Below are positions 9,179 to 18,523 of a stretch of DNA of 64,000 bases, one piece after another. Every line of letters begins with the position of its first letter. Positions within the stretch are counted from its first letter, which is position 1. The translations under genes and the position numbers were made by a program. Source of the stretch: an uncultured virus (IMG/VR IMGVR_UViG_3300031595_000004) (taxonomy: Duplodnaviria; Heunggongvirae; Uroviricota; Caudoviricetes); IMG/VR virus record IMGVR_UViG_3300031595_000004, one strand, 5' to 3'. Under the pieces are notes generated by a model. It was given only the letters and a program-made list of their open reading frames with translations. It was not told where the DNA came from and ran no database searches.

Positions 9179-11071
9179 TCAAGTTCCTTGGAGCATGAAA
9201 ACTATCTGTTCTGCTGCTGTCGCTCCTGTCCGAATATAGTGTGCTGTATCGCTTATTGCGAACGTTGCAGGAAGGGCGTTGGTGGTCGCATTCGAGTAGC
9301 CGTTGACCATGAGGTTACTGAGCCACTGTCCCTGCTGTCCGGAACTGATAGACGGTTGCTGGACGTCTCCGTAATACGAATATCCAATGCCGTTTTGTGT
9401 CGAGATCCACCAGGCGACAAGATACGGAGCCGGCACAAGAGACCAACTATTGAGACTCATCGTCTGGTAGTTGATACCGCTAAAGCTACTGAGCGCTGCG
9501 CCTGAGGTCCACGTGATGTTACTACTACCGCTCGACGCAAGTACAAGTTTGGTCCCTGCGCTAACGGTGTAGAGCCCAATACTTACGCTAAAGCCACCAG
9601 AGCTATTGGAAGCTTGCGTCGAGACAGACTGGAGCCACACCAGATTGGTAGCCGTGAGGTTATAATCGACGATGATCGGTTGAAAGAAAAGTGTCCCCTG
9701 TCCACCTGTCTGAGCTGTTGCAAATCGGCCATTGCTCCAAGACGAGATACCTCCGAGTGCAGCCGTAATAACCGAACCTGCAAGTCCAAACACAATACCG
9801 TTCGAATTTGAGAACGTAAGCGCTGAGACGTTGTTCGATGTCGTACCAGCCGAAACGTTGATACTAGCTTGTGTGCTTACGACAGTGACCGAAGCCGTAA
9901 TGGTCGAACCGTTAAGTCCAAAGGAAACGTTATTGCTATTCGAGAAAACAATGTTCGAAAGATTATTAGACGTTGTTCCGGCCGATACGTTGATAGCTGT
10001 GAGCGACGTCGCTATGGACGCCGTCATTGTCGAACCGTTGAGTCCGAACGAGACGCCATTACTGTTCGAGAAGGTAATGGCTGATAGGTTGTTCGATGTC
10101 GTCCCAGCAGAGAAGTTGACGCTGGCCTGTGTGCTCGCGACCGTGACCGAAGCTGTTACTACCGAACCGTTGAGTCCGAAAGAAACGTTGTTCGAGTTTG
10201 AGAATGTTACAGCGTTTAGATTGTTCGAAGTCGTTCCGGCCGAGATGTTGAAGTTGTAGGAAGCGGTAACCTGTGAAGTCCCGCTCATCCCGAACGTGAT
10301 ATTGTTCGAGTTTACAAAGTTAACCGTGCCGCTTGTGGCCGTTTGCGTGCCTGCACCGATGGCGCCGATAGCTAGAATGTCAGCGTTGAAGCTTGCTGTA
10401 ATAATGCTTGAATTACTCATCCCGAACGTGATGCCGTTCGAGTTGGCGAAGGAAAGCGTTCCGCCCGTGAAGGATTGTGTTCCCGCGACGATGACGTCGT
10501 TCGGTGTGATAGATGCCGTGATTACTGAACCGTTGAGTCCAAACGAAACGCCATTACTGTTACTGAATGTAACAGCGTTCAAATTATTGGACGTAGTCCC
10601 GGCCGAGATATTGAAGTTGTAGGAAGCGGTAATTACCGAACTATTGCTCATCCCGAACGTGATATTGTTCGAGTTCGAATAAACGATAGTTCCGCTTGTG
10701 GCCGTCTGCGTTCCTGCGGCGATAGCTCCGATAGCAAGCGCGCCTGCGTTGACGCTTGCGGTCATCGTCGAGCCGTTCAGACCAAACGAGATTCCGTTAC
10801 TGTTCGAGAATGTGATATTGGATAGAACGTTCGAAGTCGTACCAGCCGAGAAGTTGACTCCGATAATTAGAGTGCCGTTTGTATTCGGCAGCCAGAGAGT
10901 CTCGTTCGAGGTTTGCGAAGCTGCTAGATTGAGGAGGCCCCCAGTATTCGAGAAGCCGTAGGTGACCGTGCTCGCTATCGAGTCTCCCACCTCAAACATC
11001 GGTCCAAGGTGGTAGAGAGTGTCCTGACTGAGCTGGACGAGATCTTGAAAGTTACCTGTTGTAATAGTCAT
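9179..11071 (-). CDS. Fibre-like protein, family B
   Basis: Same repeats; N-terminus MT.TTGNF.DLVQLS.DTLY shared with 7288-9177; ends LQGT. Confidence 0.7.
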   Translation of the reverse strand: MTITTGNFQDLVQLSQDTLYHLGPMFEVGDSIASTVTYGFSNTGGLLNLAASQTSNETLWLPNTNGTLIIGVNFSAGTTSNVLSNITFSNSNGISFGLNGSTMTASVNAGALAIGAIAAGTQTATSGTIVYSNSNNITFGMSNSSVITASYNFNISAGTTSNNLNAVTFSNSNGVSFGLNGSVITASITPNDVIVAGTQSFTGGTLSFANSNGITFGMSNSSIITASFNADILAIGAIGAGTQTATSGTVNFVNSNNITFGMSGTSQVTASYNFNISAGTTSNNLNAVTFSNSNNVSFGLNGSVVTASVTVASTQASVNFSAGTTSNNLSAITFSNSNGVSFGLNGSTMTASIATSLTAINVSAGTTSNNLSNIVFSNSNNVSFGLNGSTITASVTVVSTQASINVSAGTTSNNVSALTFSNSNGIVFGLAGSVITAALGGISSWSNGRFATAQTGGQGTLFFQPIIVDYNLTATNLVWLQSVSTQASNSSGGFSVSIGLYTVSAGTKLVLASSGSSNITWTSGAALSSFSGINYQTMSLNSWSLVPAPYLVAWWISTQNGIGYSYYGDVQQPSISSGQQGQWLSNLMVNGYSNATTNALPATFAISDTAHYIRTGATAAEQIVFMLQGT

Positions 11072-11095
11072 GATCTCAAGTCCTCTCCGATAGAT

Positions 11096-11124
11096 AGTAT
11101 ATCATATTTTGCACTTGAGTTCAA
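11096..11124 (-). promoter_or_regulatory. sigma70-type promoter, extended -10
   Basis: TTGAAC-N17-TATACT with TGn before the -10. Confidence 0.55.
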
Positions 11125-12596
11125 GTGCCTAGTAGGATAATGCCAGGTTGTCTCATGGCAGAAAACCCGGTTCGGACATATCCCGTGTCCGTAGCGACGA
11201 CGCTAACTGGCAATGCTCCGACAGCTACTACTGAGAGACCGTTTAGAAACGTGTCTTCTTCGATGCCGTCGTAGGTGCCGACGATGTTCATTGCGGCGCG
11301 GCCGAAGACGCTTACGTCGTTTCCGTTCGCTGTCGCGACCGCGTAGCCAAATAGGTAGTCCCCAGGCGTCATACTGTAGTTTACTCCGAGCGTACGATAG
11401 CGCGTGCCGCTCGCGCCTCCGAACTGTCCCGAAAGAGCTGTATTGCTACCGCTCGTCCACGAGAAGATGCGCAACGCGGAGCTCGCGAGACTCGCGGTCT
11501 CTCCAGAGAGAGTGTAAACGCCGTGGCTTATCGTGACTGCTCCAGACGAGTTCGAGAAACCTCGGAAGTCTATAATGAGCGCGCATTCGGTTGCGCGAAG
11601 GTTCATCGCGAGACTGAGCTTTTGGAGACTTAGGACGGACTGCACAATAGGAAAGTGCGTCACAAAGTCGGCATCTTGCGAGAACATGCTCACGGTTCCG
11701 ACGCCGATAGCGGACGCCGTCATCGTAGAGCCGTTCAATCCAAACGAGATGCCGTTACTATTGGCAAACGTAATTGCCGAGAGATTGTTGGAAGTGGTCC
11801 CTCCAGAGAAGTTGATACTTCCCTGCGATGAGACCGCGCTCGCCGAAGCGGTAAGTACCGAACCGTTTAGACCGAAGGAAACGTTATTGCTATTCGAGAA
11901 GGTAATGGCCGTAAGATTGTTCGAAGTTGTACCGGCCGATACGTTGATATTGGTGACTCCGGCATTGATGGATCCGGTAATCGTGGAACCGTTGAGACCG
12001 AACGAGATACCGTTTGCGTTACCGAAGGTGAGTGCCGAGAAGTTATTCGATGTCGTTCCGGCCGACAGATTGAAGGCGTAGGAGCCGGTAATTGTTGAAT
12101 TATTGATACCGAACGAGACTCCGTTACTGTTCGAGAACGCAAAGATAGTCGCGTTGTTCGACGTCGTTCCGGCCGAGATAGCGATACTTCCGATGACGGC
12201 AACCGTGCCGCCAGTGACCATGATACGACCTTGATCGTCTATGGTCTCCCAATCGTGGAAGTCGTCATAGTGGATAGTATAGCCGGGCGGAAGATTGAAT
12301 GAATACTTGGTAGATGAAAACGTCCCGTCAAAGACTTTGACCGTGACTTGCTCCGGCGCCACCCCCGCATTGAAGGCGGTAAAGTCTTTGACGTTTCGAA
12401 AGATGCCTACTGGCGTCGCTGGTGGTCCGCCAACGACAACCGTAGTCCCTGGCGTATCGATGAGAAGGCTATGACCGCCCGGAATGAATGTAATCGGAAT
12501 GCCTGGGATTTGATCCACCCAGCTTGTATTGACTTGGATATCCTCGCTGCCTCCGGTGATAACCTGAAGCGCGAAGCCTGGTTTCAGGATTATCAT
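11121..12596 (-). CDS. Fibre-like protein, family B, with a different N-terminal domain
   Basis: Same repeats and C-terminal domain (GYVRTG..A..QP..LLGT). Confidence 0.7.
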   Translation of the reverse strand: MIILKPGFALQVITGGSEDIQVNTSWVDQIPGIPITFIPGGHSLLIDTPGTTVVVGGPPATPVGIFRNVKDFTAFNAGVAPEQVTVKVFDGTFSSTKYSFNLPPGYTIHYDDFHDWETIDDQGRIMVTGGTVAVIGSIAISAGTTSNNATIFAFSNSNGVSFGINNSTITGSYAFNLSAGTTSNNFSALTFGNANGISFGLNGSTITGSINAGVTNINVSAGTTSNNLTAITFSNSNNVSFGLNGSVLTASASAVSSQGSINFSGGTTSNNLSAITFANSNGISFGLNGSTMTASAIGVGTVSMFSQDADFVTHFPIVQSVLSLQKLSLAMNLRATECALIIDFRGFSNSSGAVTISHGVYTLSGETASLASSALRIFSWTSGSNTALSGQFGGASGTRYRTLGVNYSMTPGDYLFGYAVATANGNDVSVFGRAAMNIVGTYDGIEEDTFLNGLSVVAVGALPVSVVATDTGYVRTGFSAMRQPGIILLGT

Positions 12597-12621
12597 GAGA
12601 TGTCGAGGTCAAAAATGCGGC

Positions 12622-13011
12622 TTACGGCTTGGTATCTTCGAGTGAACGTTCTACCCGTTCGATAAGCGCTTTCAGTGAATGCTTTGGATCGTTGTCCCAA
12701 TCGACTGGTTTTGACACGACCTCAAGAATACCTTGAAGCGGGTCTTTCCAGTTCGCACGCATCTCGGTAATTGAATGACCTGTGACCATGAACTTCGCGC
12801 ATCCTGTTGGCACTTCGCGCGCGACGTCGGCTCCAGTGAGAGGGCCGCCAAGTTCCCAATCGAGAAGCGCTATATGAAAGCGATGATGCTGAACGAGGTT
12901 AATGGCTTCTACAGCAGTCTCCGCTTCGAAGACCTCATGACCTTCGTGTTCGATAAGATCTTTTAGACCTTGTCTCATGTCCGAACTGTCGTCGAGAATA
13001 AGAATCCTCAT
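12622..13011 (-). CDS. Single-domain response regulator (CheY-like receiver)
   Basis: MRILILDD, LLDW phosphoacceptor Asp, VTG, SKP are all present. Confidence 0.9.
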   Translation of the reverse strand: MRILILDDSSDMRQGLKDLIEHEGHEVFEAETAVEAINLVQHHRFHIALLDWELGGPLTGADVAREVPTGCAKFMVTGHSITEMRANWKDPLQGILEVVSKPVDWDNDPKHSLKALIERVERSLEDTKP

Positions 13012-13019
13012 AATTACCT

Positions 13020-13373
13020 TTACTGGCATGGGACACTGCAAGATGAAACAGTCCCCCCATCGAACATGCATGCGAGCCATGGCGGCTCCGATGGGTCATT
13101 GTGCTCATCCGTAACAGCCTGAACCCCATCGGACGACGGAGCCAGGCAGTTTGCATTCACAAGTTCGTTATAGACAACCTGCGCTGTAGATACGCATGAA
13201 GAGAAACATCCGAGAATGAAGAAAGTCTTGAGTCCGCACTTGAGACACTCGGTCATCAAGTACACCTTGCCAGTGACCTCGGACCGATACACTTCGAGCC
13301 TGACCCGATTCCAATTGAGTTTGTGCGCGAGCCAATGAACAAGTCCTACAGACCTTATATTCATGGCCCGCAC
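13020..13373 (-). CDS. Cys-rich hypothetical protein, possibly lipoprotein
   Basis: FFILGCFSSC segment followed by several Cys. Confidence 0.45.
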   Translation of the reverse strand: MRAMNIRSVGLVHWLAHKLNWNRVRLEVYRSEVTGKVYLMTECLKCGLKTFFILGCFSSCVSTAQVVYNELVNANCLAPSSDGVQAVTDEHNDPSEPPWLACMFDGGTVSSCSVPCQ

Positions 13374-13408
13374 CTTTCACTAATGATTGAATTGTGGACG
13401 CTTAAGGG

Positions 13409-13437
13409 AGTATACCCTATTTCCCAGTCCTTGTCAA
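13409..13437 (-). promoter_or_regulatory. sigma70-type promoter
   Basis: TTGACA-N17-TATACT on minus strand. Confidence 0.75.
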
Positions 13438-14462
13438 GATTTGGGCCAGTTCGCCGCGAGTCCCGTATTGATGAGTCCAACGGCCGTTTGTCTTGTCAGA
13501 AGTGGATGTCCTCTCACGATGCTTGCCGTCGCCCAGGATTGCGCCTCTGCCAAGGTTACTCCACCGGGGGACGGGGGAGTTGGGACTGGGGACGGTGGAG
13601 CGGGAGGCGAAGGAGACGGTGGCACTGGGATGTTCTTGCCAAAGAGACTATTGAAATCGCTTACGAGATCGGAGAACGCAAAGCCGCTTGGAGTCTTGCC
13701 GGAGTTTTTGATAACCCAATCTGGAGTCACTCGAACTGCGAGTCCTCCTCCGCCAGCGTCCGAAAATAGAGACGCGAGAGCCGCCCAGGTAACCGTTCCG
13801 ATGAGGCCCCAGGTCATCACCTGGACACCTTGATTATTGGAACCGACAACGCGCGTCGAATTGTAGGAAGGAGAACCGATGCAGTGACCGTTATTCGCGT
13901 TTGCGGGCGCAACATCCCAAACGAAACCGTTAGAACTTGGGAAGGTACTAATCCACGCGTCCGGGAGTCCCACCCACATTTTGAGATTGCCGAATGCATT
14001 GATCGCAAACTGCACTTCGGCCTGATTGGTCGCATCCACTTCGGCGTACCCATCGAGCTTGGTGCCGTCCGCGTAGGCGTTCTGGACGAAGTAGTTCATG
14101 CAGACGATGGGGTCTGTACCTTGGTCGGTAGCCGGATTGCCAGGTACGTATCCCGTGATGGCCGAATACGCTGCGACAGTTTGCGCGACCGTGTAGGAAT
14201 AGAGCTGTCCTGCATTGCCCGTCTGGACACCGATGAAATGCGCTTCTTCGGCAAGGACGCAGTCTCCGAGACTGTCATTACCTTCCAAGTTTTGGATGAC
14301 GCTCATTGCGGGCGCGGAGTAGTCGACGGATGGCGGCGAAGGCGGAATAACGAACATGTCGATATAGTTCGACAAGCGAATGCGAGGACGGTGTTTACCT
14401 GGGAGCTTGCAAGCACCGATAACGACGTGTCGACCGAGACGGGGAACGAAGATTCTTTGCAT
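13434..14462 (-). CDS. Papain-like cysteine peptidase (possible endolysin)
   Basis: GND..GDCV.A (Cys), DQG, GHCI (His), TWG; Pro-rich linker and short C-terminal domain. Confidence 0.6.
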   Translation of the reverse strand: MQRIFVPRLGRHVVIGACKLPGKHRPRIRLSNYIDMFVIPPSPPSVDYSAPAMSVIQNLEGNDSLGDCVLAEEAHFIGVQTGNAGQLYSYTVAQTVAAYSAITGYVPGNPATDQGTDPIVCMNYFVQNAYADGTKLDGYAEVDATNQAEVQFAINAFGNLKMWVGLPDAWISTFPSSNGFVWDVAPANANNGHCIGSPSYNSTRVVGSNNQGVQVMTWGLIGTVTWAALASLFSDAGGGGLAVRVTPDWVIKNSGKTPSGFAFSDLVSDFNSLFGKNIPVPPSPSPPAPPSPVPTPPSPGGVTLAEAQSWATASIVRGHPLLTRQTAVGLINTGLAANWPKS

Positions 14463-14489
14463 TTGGTCTCCTTCAGCTAAATTCGTGAA

Positions 14490-14750
14490 TTATAGAAGCG
14501 CTGCGATTCCGAAGACACCCTGAACGGCGCCTGTTATCGGGATAACGAGGTTGGCGAGTTCCGCGCATGTCTTAATGATAGCGATGAAGACTTGCCAACC
14601 ATCTGGACCAGGAACCTTCCCCGCATCCTTGTAGGATTGAACGATGAGTGAGCGCTCATCGTCTGTGCATGCGAGAAAGCCGCGCACGTCTTCTTCGCTC
14701 AAGGTCGGTAGTGCCGTGACGATGGCGACTATCGCTTCGCCTTTCGTCAT
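14490..14750 (-). CDS. Small membrane-associated protein
   Basis: MTKGEAIVAIV...; hydrophobic C-terminus; start overlaps the upstream stop. Confidence 0.55.
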   Translation of the reverse strand: MTKGEAIVAIVTALPTLSEEDVRGFLACTDDERSLIVQSYKDAGKVPGPDGWQVFIAIIKTCAELANLVIPITGAVQGVFGIAALL

Positions 14751-14974
14751 TGACAGTTTATCCCGGAATCGAATGCGTCGAGCTTTTCGTTTCGGATGAC
14801 CGCTTGTAGAGAGCAGTGAGACGCGCGGATGAGCGAAGCCGCCGGAGTATCCGCGTCTTGGTATTTGTACGCAGCGGCTGTCGTTCTCGATGCGTTCTCG
14901 AGATTGGAAACGTCTTCGGCGGGGAGACCACCGGCGCAAGAAGAAAGTAGAATTATGAGCGAGAGTTTCATCAT
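14747..14974 (-). CDS. Small lipoprotein
   Basis: MKLSLIILLSSC signal with lipobox. Confidence 0.6.
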   Translation of the reverse strand: MMKLSLIILLSSCAGGLPAEDVSNLENASRTTAAAYKYQDADTPAASLIRASHCSLQAVIRNEKLDAFDSGINCQ

Positions 14975-15312
14975 CGGTGCGTAATCGTCATAAGAGTAAT
15001 CTTGTAACCTTGCGCGCGCGTGAGCGCATTCGGCGAAAGCGCTCCCGTATCGATGAGGACTGTGATGATGCTCTGCACCAGATCTTCTACGCTCTGAAGT
15101 CCGGGGATGAGCGCGTTCACGTCTGCTTCTATCTGCGGAAGACCATCTCCGGCTTCGAGGTCTGTGAGAACCTTGTTTTCAACGGCTGTAAATAGTGGAC
15201 CGAGGGCGCCTTTGCAACCTGAGATGGCCATTGACGTAGCGACGACAGTTGCCATCGCCGTGCCTGCTGCAAAGACTGAGAAACCTAGAGCGATTGCGAA
15301 TTTTTTGATCAT
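14971..15312 (-). CDS. Lipoprotein or exported protein
   Basis: MIKKFAIALG... signal and ISGC lipobox-like motif. Confidence 0.55.
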   Translation of the reverse strand: MIKKFAIALGFSVFAAGTAMATVVATSMAISGCKGALGPLFTAVENKVLTDLEAGDGLPQIEADVNALIPGLQSVEDLVQSIITVLIDTGALSPNALTRAQGYKITLMTITHR

Positions 15313-15331
15313 GAGCGGGTCACCCTCTTTC

Positions 15332-16723
15332 TTACCAAGTCATAGCGACTACAGTTGCTTGGCCAGGATTATTGACAGCTACTGTGTGACTAAAATTCTC
15401 GTTTGTTGCTCGTACTGAATAGACGTGCGCTCCGGGTCCTGGCGCGTCAAGAAACGTGAGAGATGCCGAAGCATATCCACTTAGACCGTCTGCTTCCACA
15501 AGTGCACTTGGTGTCAATACGAACTCTCCGATTCCAGGATCGCGAACGATTTGAAAAACAACATAGTCGCCTGGCGTAGATGCGGCGACTGTCATTGAAA
15601 CGGTTATAAGGTCAAATGCAGAAGGACCTGTAGTTATACTGACTCCTGGATTGGTTACTTGCCAAACTTGACTTCCTGGGCCGGTTCCCGGTCCAATGCC
15701 GGAAGAATTGGTAACTTGAATACTAGATGTAAAACCCCCTCCTCCGGCCGGTCCCGTGGCTCCCGTCGCTCCGACGCTCCCTGCCCCTCCTGGTCCCGTG
15801 GCTCCCGTGGCGCCAGCGCTGCCGCTGCCGGCAGGTCCCGTCGCTCCCGAGTGCCCCGTCGCGCCGATTGCTCCCGTGGCGCCGCTTCCCGCCGGTCCCG
15901 TAGCTCCCGTTGCTCCCGTGCCCCCTGGACCTGTGGCGCCCGTCGCGCCCGTACTCCCTGCCCCTGGTCCAGTCGGCCCTTGACTGCCCGTTGCGCCCGT
16001 GGCGCCCGCGCCCGTAGCGCCGGTGGCACCTGCGGGTCCCGACGGTCCTAGAGGCCCTGTCGCGCCCGTACTCCCCGCCCCTGGTCCAGTCGCCCCCTGA
16101 CTGCCCGTTGCGCCCGTGGCGCCCGCGCCTGTTGCTCCCGTCGCTCCTACCGTCCCAGTGGCGCCCGTTGCCCCCGCTGGAGCCGTAGCATTGACGATAG
16201 GGTTTTGCAGAGTTCCGGTGATAGTGGTATTCGTTCCTGGTAGGACCGCAAGAACGCCTGTCGCATTGACGACAGGAACGGTTGATATTCCAGTAATGTC
16301 TATTCCTACGCCTGGAAATACAGCTTGCACACCTCCAGATCCTGAAGGCCACGCGTTCGGTGTAATCCCTTGACTTGCGAAGTACGTATCGCCAGCAAGG
16401 ATGCCAGCGATAATGGCGCTGCATTGTTCTGTAAACGTGGATGGATTAATCGTATCTGTCGTAAGTTCGACATCACGACTTTCCCATACCGCTTTACAGA
16501 ATAGCTCAATCGAGAAAACCTGAAGTGTGTTTGGTGGAACGGTATCGGGATTCACCTCCCACGCTTCATCGAAACTTTGAGCGAACGCCCCAGCGATGAC
16601 GGCGTACTTGGAGTAAACAGCCGTGTCCGGATCCGTGAGGAGTCGACCGCTCGCGGCGAATCCGGATAGGACTCCAGAGTAAGCTGCCGTAAAGACCGTC
16701 TTATCGTTGGGTGTATAGCTCAC
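15332..16723 (-). CDS. Collagen-like fibre, family A
   Basis: Family A anchor domain, GAT/GPA triplets at about 15750-16180, beta-rich C-terminal head. Confidence 0.85.
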   Translation of the reverse strand: MSYTPNDKTVFTAAYSGVLSGFAASGRLLTDPDTAVYSKYAVIAGAFAQSFDEAWEVNPDTVPPNTLQVFSIELFCKAVWESRDVELTTDTINPSTFTEQCSAIIAGILAGDTYFASQGITPNAWPSGSGGVQAVFPGVGIDITGISTVPVVNATGVLAVLPGTNTTITGTLQNPIVNATAPAGATGATGTVGATGATGAGATGATGSQGATGPGAGSTGATGPLGPSGPAGATGATGAGATGATGSQGPTGPGAGSTGATGATGPGGTGATGATGPAGSGATGAIGATGHSGATGPAGSGSAGATGATGPGGAGSVGATGATGPAGGGGFTSSIQVTNSSGIGPGTGPGSQVWQVTNPGVSITTGPSAFDLITVSMTVAASTPGDYVVFQIVRDPGIGEFVLTPSALVEADGLSGYASASLTFLDAPGPGAHVYSVRATNENFSHTVAVNNPGQATVVAMTW

Positions 16724-16756
16724 GGTTATTTTCTCCCTGGTTTAGCTTTACCTAAT

Positions 16757-17347
16757 TCACGAATTGGCTTGGTATTGTCGAAAGACCATACCGTTCTGTG
16801 TAAGCCAACCCATGTGATATCCTTCGCCCATAAACTTCATGAAATCCGACGTGGCGTCCGGGTCGAGCCAGTATCCTCGATGATGAAATTTCTTGACCCA
16901 GTAGGCTTTTGGCTGGCAATTAATATGTCCGTGACCGCCTTGTCCAGGACGAGCGGCGCTGAAGTAAACTATCTTCGCAGCCGAGAATTGAATTGAGAGA
17001 ATGTAATCGTCCGCGTAATCTTCAGGCATGTGCTCCCCCACTTCGAGGGAGAGGACGACTTGAAATTCTGTACTGAATGGTTCCTTCAAAGAAAACCGCA
17101 TGAAGTTCGTAATGTCAGCTTGAAGAAACTCTGGGGACTTGGGCAGTCGCGCGTCGCTGTCGATTCCGTAGGCATCGAGTCCAAGTTGCCGCATGGCTTG
17201 GACGTAGATACCAGGGCCGCAACCGACATCGAGAATTCGTGAATTAGGATGCTGATATCGGAGGTATTCCGCAACCCGAATGGCCTGCGGCGTCTCCTCA
17301 CGCGTAATGGTGTCAAAGTCGCAAGGTACGATGACTGGATCGGTCAT
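16757..17347 (-). CDS. Class I SAM-dependent methyltransferase
   Basis: ILDVGCGPG, GID, SLEVGEH, FSAARPGQGGHGHIN. Confidence 0.85.
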   Translation of the reverse strand: MTDPVIVPCDFDTITREETPQAIRVAEYLRYQHPNSRILDVGCGPGIYVQAMRQLGLDAYGIDSDARLPKSPEFLQADITNFMRFSLKEPFSTEFQVVLSLEVGEHMPEDYADDYILSIQFSAAKIVYFSAARPGQGGHGHINCQPKAYWVKKFHHRGYWLDPDATSDFMKFMGEGYHMGWLTQNGMVFRQYQANS

Positions 17348-18489
17348 TTGGGTAGCTCGAGAGTTTCAAGGTCTCTCATTTCATACCAACCGCCAAACCA
17401 ACGAGAATAAAGCCGTGTGAAGTACGCCTCGAACTTGGGAGCGACCGCATCGAAAGACCACTTGGACACGGCCCGCGCTCGGATATACATCCTCTCGTCA
17501 AACGATACGGTTTTGGCTTTGATGCACGCGAGAACGAACTCCTTATGGCTATTGCAGCGCCACGGGTCGAGTACGGTTTCCGCGAAGGCGCCCTGGTCTG
17601 TCGTGATGGAAGGAGTGCCGCAAAGTTGACTTTCGGCTGCCGTCCCCCCGAACGGTTCTCGGAAGAGCGTAGGACATAGAGTTGCAACCGCTCCCTGCAT
17701 TAAGATGTTACGTTCCTCGTTATTCGCATGTCCGAACCGAATGACGTGCGGCGGCAATACTCCCGGGTCGCCTTGACCTGCAATAATGAGCCGTGCTCCG
17801 ATTGCCTGCGTCGCTTCGATGGCAATCTTGTATCCCTTCTCGTGAATGACGCGTCCGATGAAAAGGTAGTACGGCTCGGTCAGATCGACGCCTTTGAGCG
17901 TGTCAGGCTTTTTGACGATAGGAAAATCGCGCATATCCCAGTAATTTGGAACGACGGCGATGTCTGTGTCTTGACCCTTATTGCCCGCGGCGCCCATGAG
18001 CCATTCGGCGTGGGTGTGACTCTCGAAAATCCTGTAGCGACTGAAGGTGCCGTAGTAGCCGCAGAAGGCTTCCACGAAAGCTACGGTCTTTTGCGTTCCT
18101 TGATGACTGCCTGGAAATGAATTCGCGACGGGCTCTGCACAATTGCCGTTCGCGGTAAGAATGAAATCGCCCTTCTTGACGCGCTTCCAGAGTTCACGGA
18201 TGCAGCGGATATTGAACTCTTGCCAGTACGGCTGCGTTTGATTCCAATCGAGGTGGTTGAGTTTTTCCTTATCATGAGAACCGAACCACTGCGCCCGCTC
18301 ACTTTCCGAGAAGATAGTGACGTTTTCGCATGGTACTTCTGCGCCCTCGTTACTATAGAGAGTCATTGAGTGCCCACGCGGAACCATCATGTCTGCAAAT
18401 TTCAAAAGTTTCTGTGAGTAGGCGCAGTAGTTATAGTCCTTATTGATTGCCGTATGAGGTAGACCGAGAACGTGGAACGTGAATTTCAT
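17344..18489 (-). CDS. Glycosyltransferase, GT4 family
   Basis: FIGRVIHEKG, EPFGGTAAESQLCGTPSITTDQGAFAETV. Confidence 0.9.
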   Translation of the reverse strand: MKFTFHVLGLPHTAINKDYNYCAYSQKLLKFADMMVPRGHSMTLYSNEGAEVPCENVTIFSESERAQWFGSHDKEKLNHLDWNQTQPYWQEFNIRCIRELWKRVKKGDFILTANGNCAEPVANSFPGSHQGTQKTVAFVEAFCGYYGTFSRYRIFESHTHAEWLMGAAGNKGQDTDIAVVPNYWDMRDFPIVKKPDTLKGVDLTEPYYLFIGRVIHEKGYKIAIEATQAIGARLIIAGQGDPGVLPPHVIRFGHANNEERNILMQGAVATLCPTLFREPFGGTAAESQLCGTPSITTDQGAFAETVLDPWRCNSHKEFVLACIKAKTVSFDERMYIRARAVSKWSFDAVAPKFEAYFTRLYSRWFGGWYEMRDLETLELPK

Positions 18490-18523
18490 TGGTCGTGAAT
18501 TCTCCTTGATGGTAGTGCGTGAA

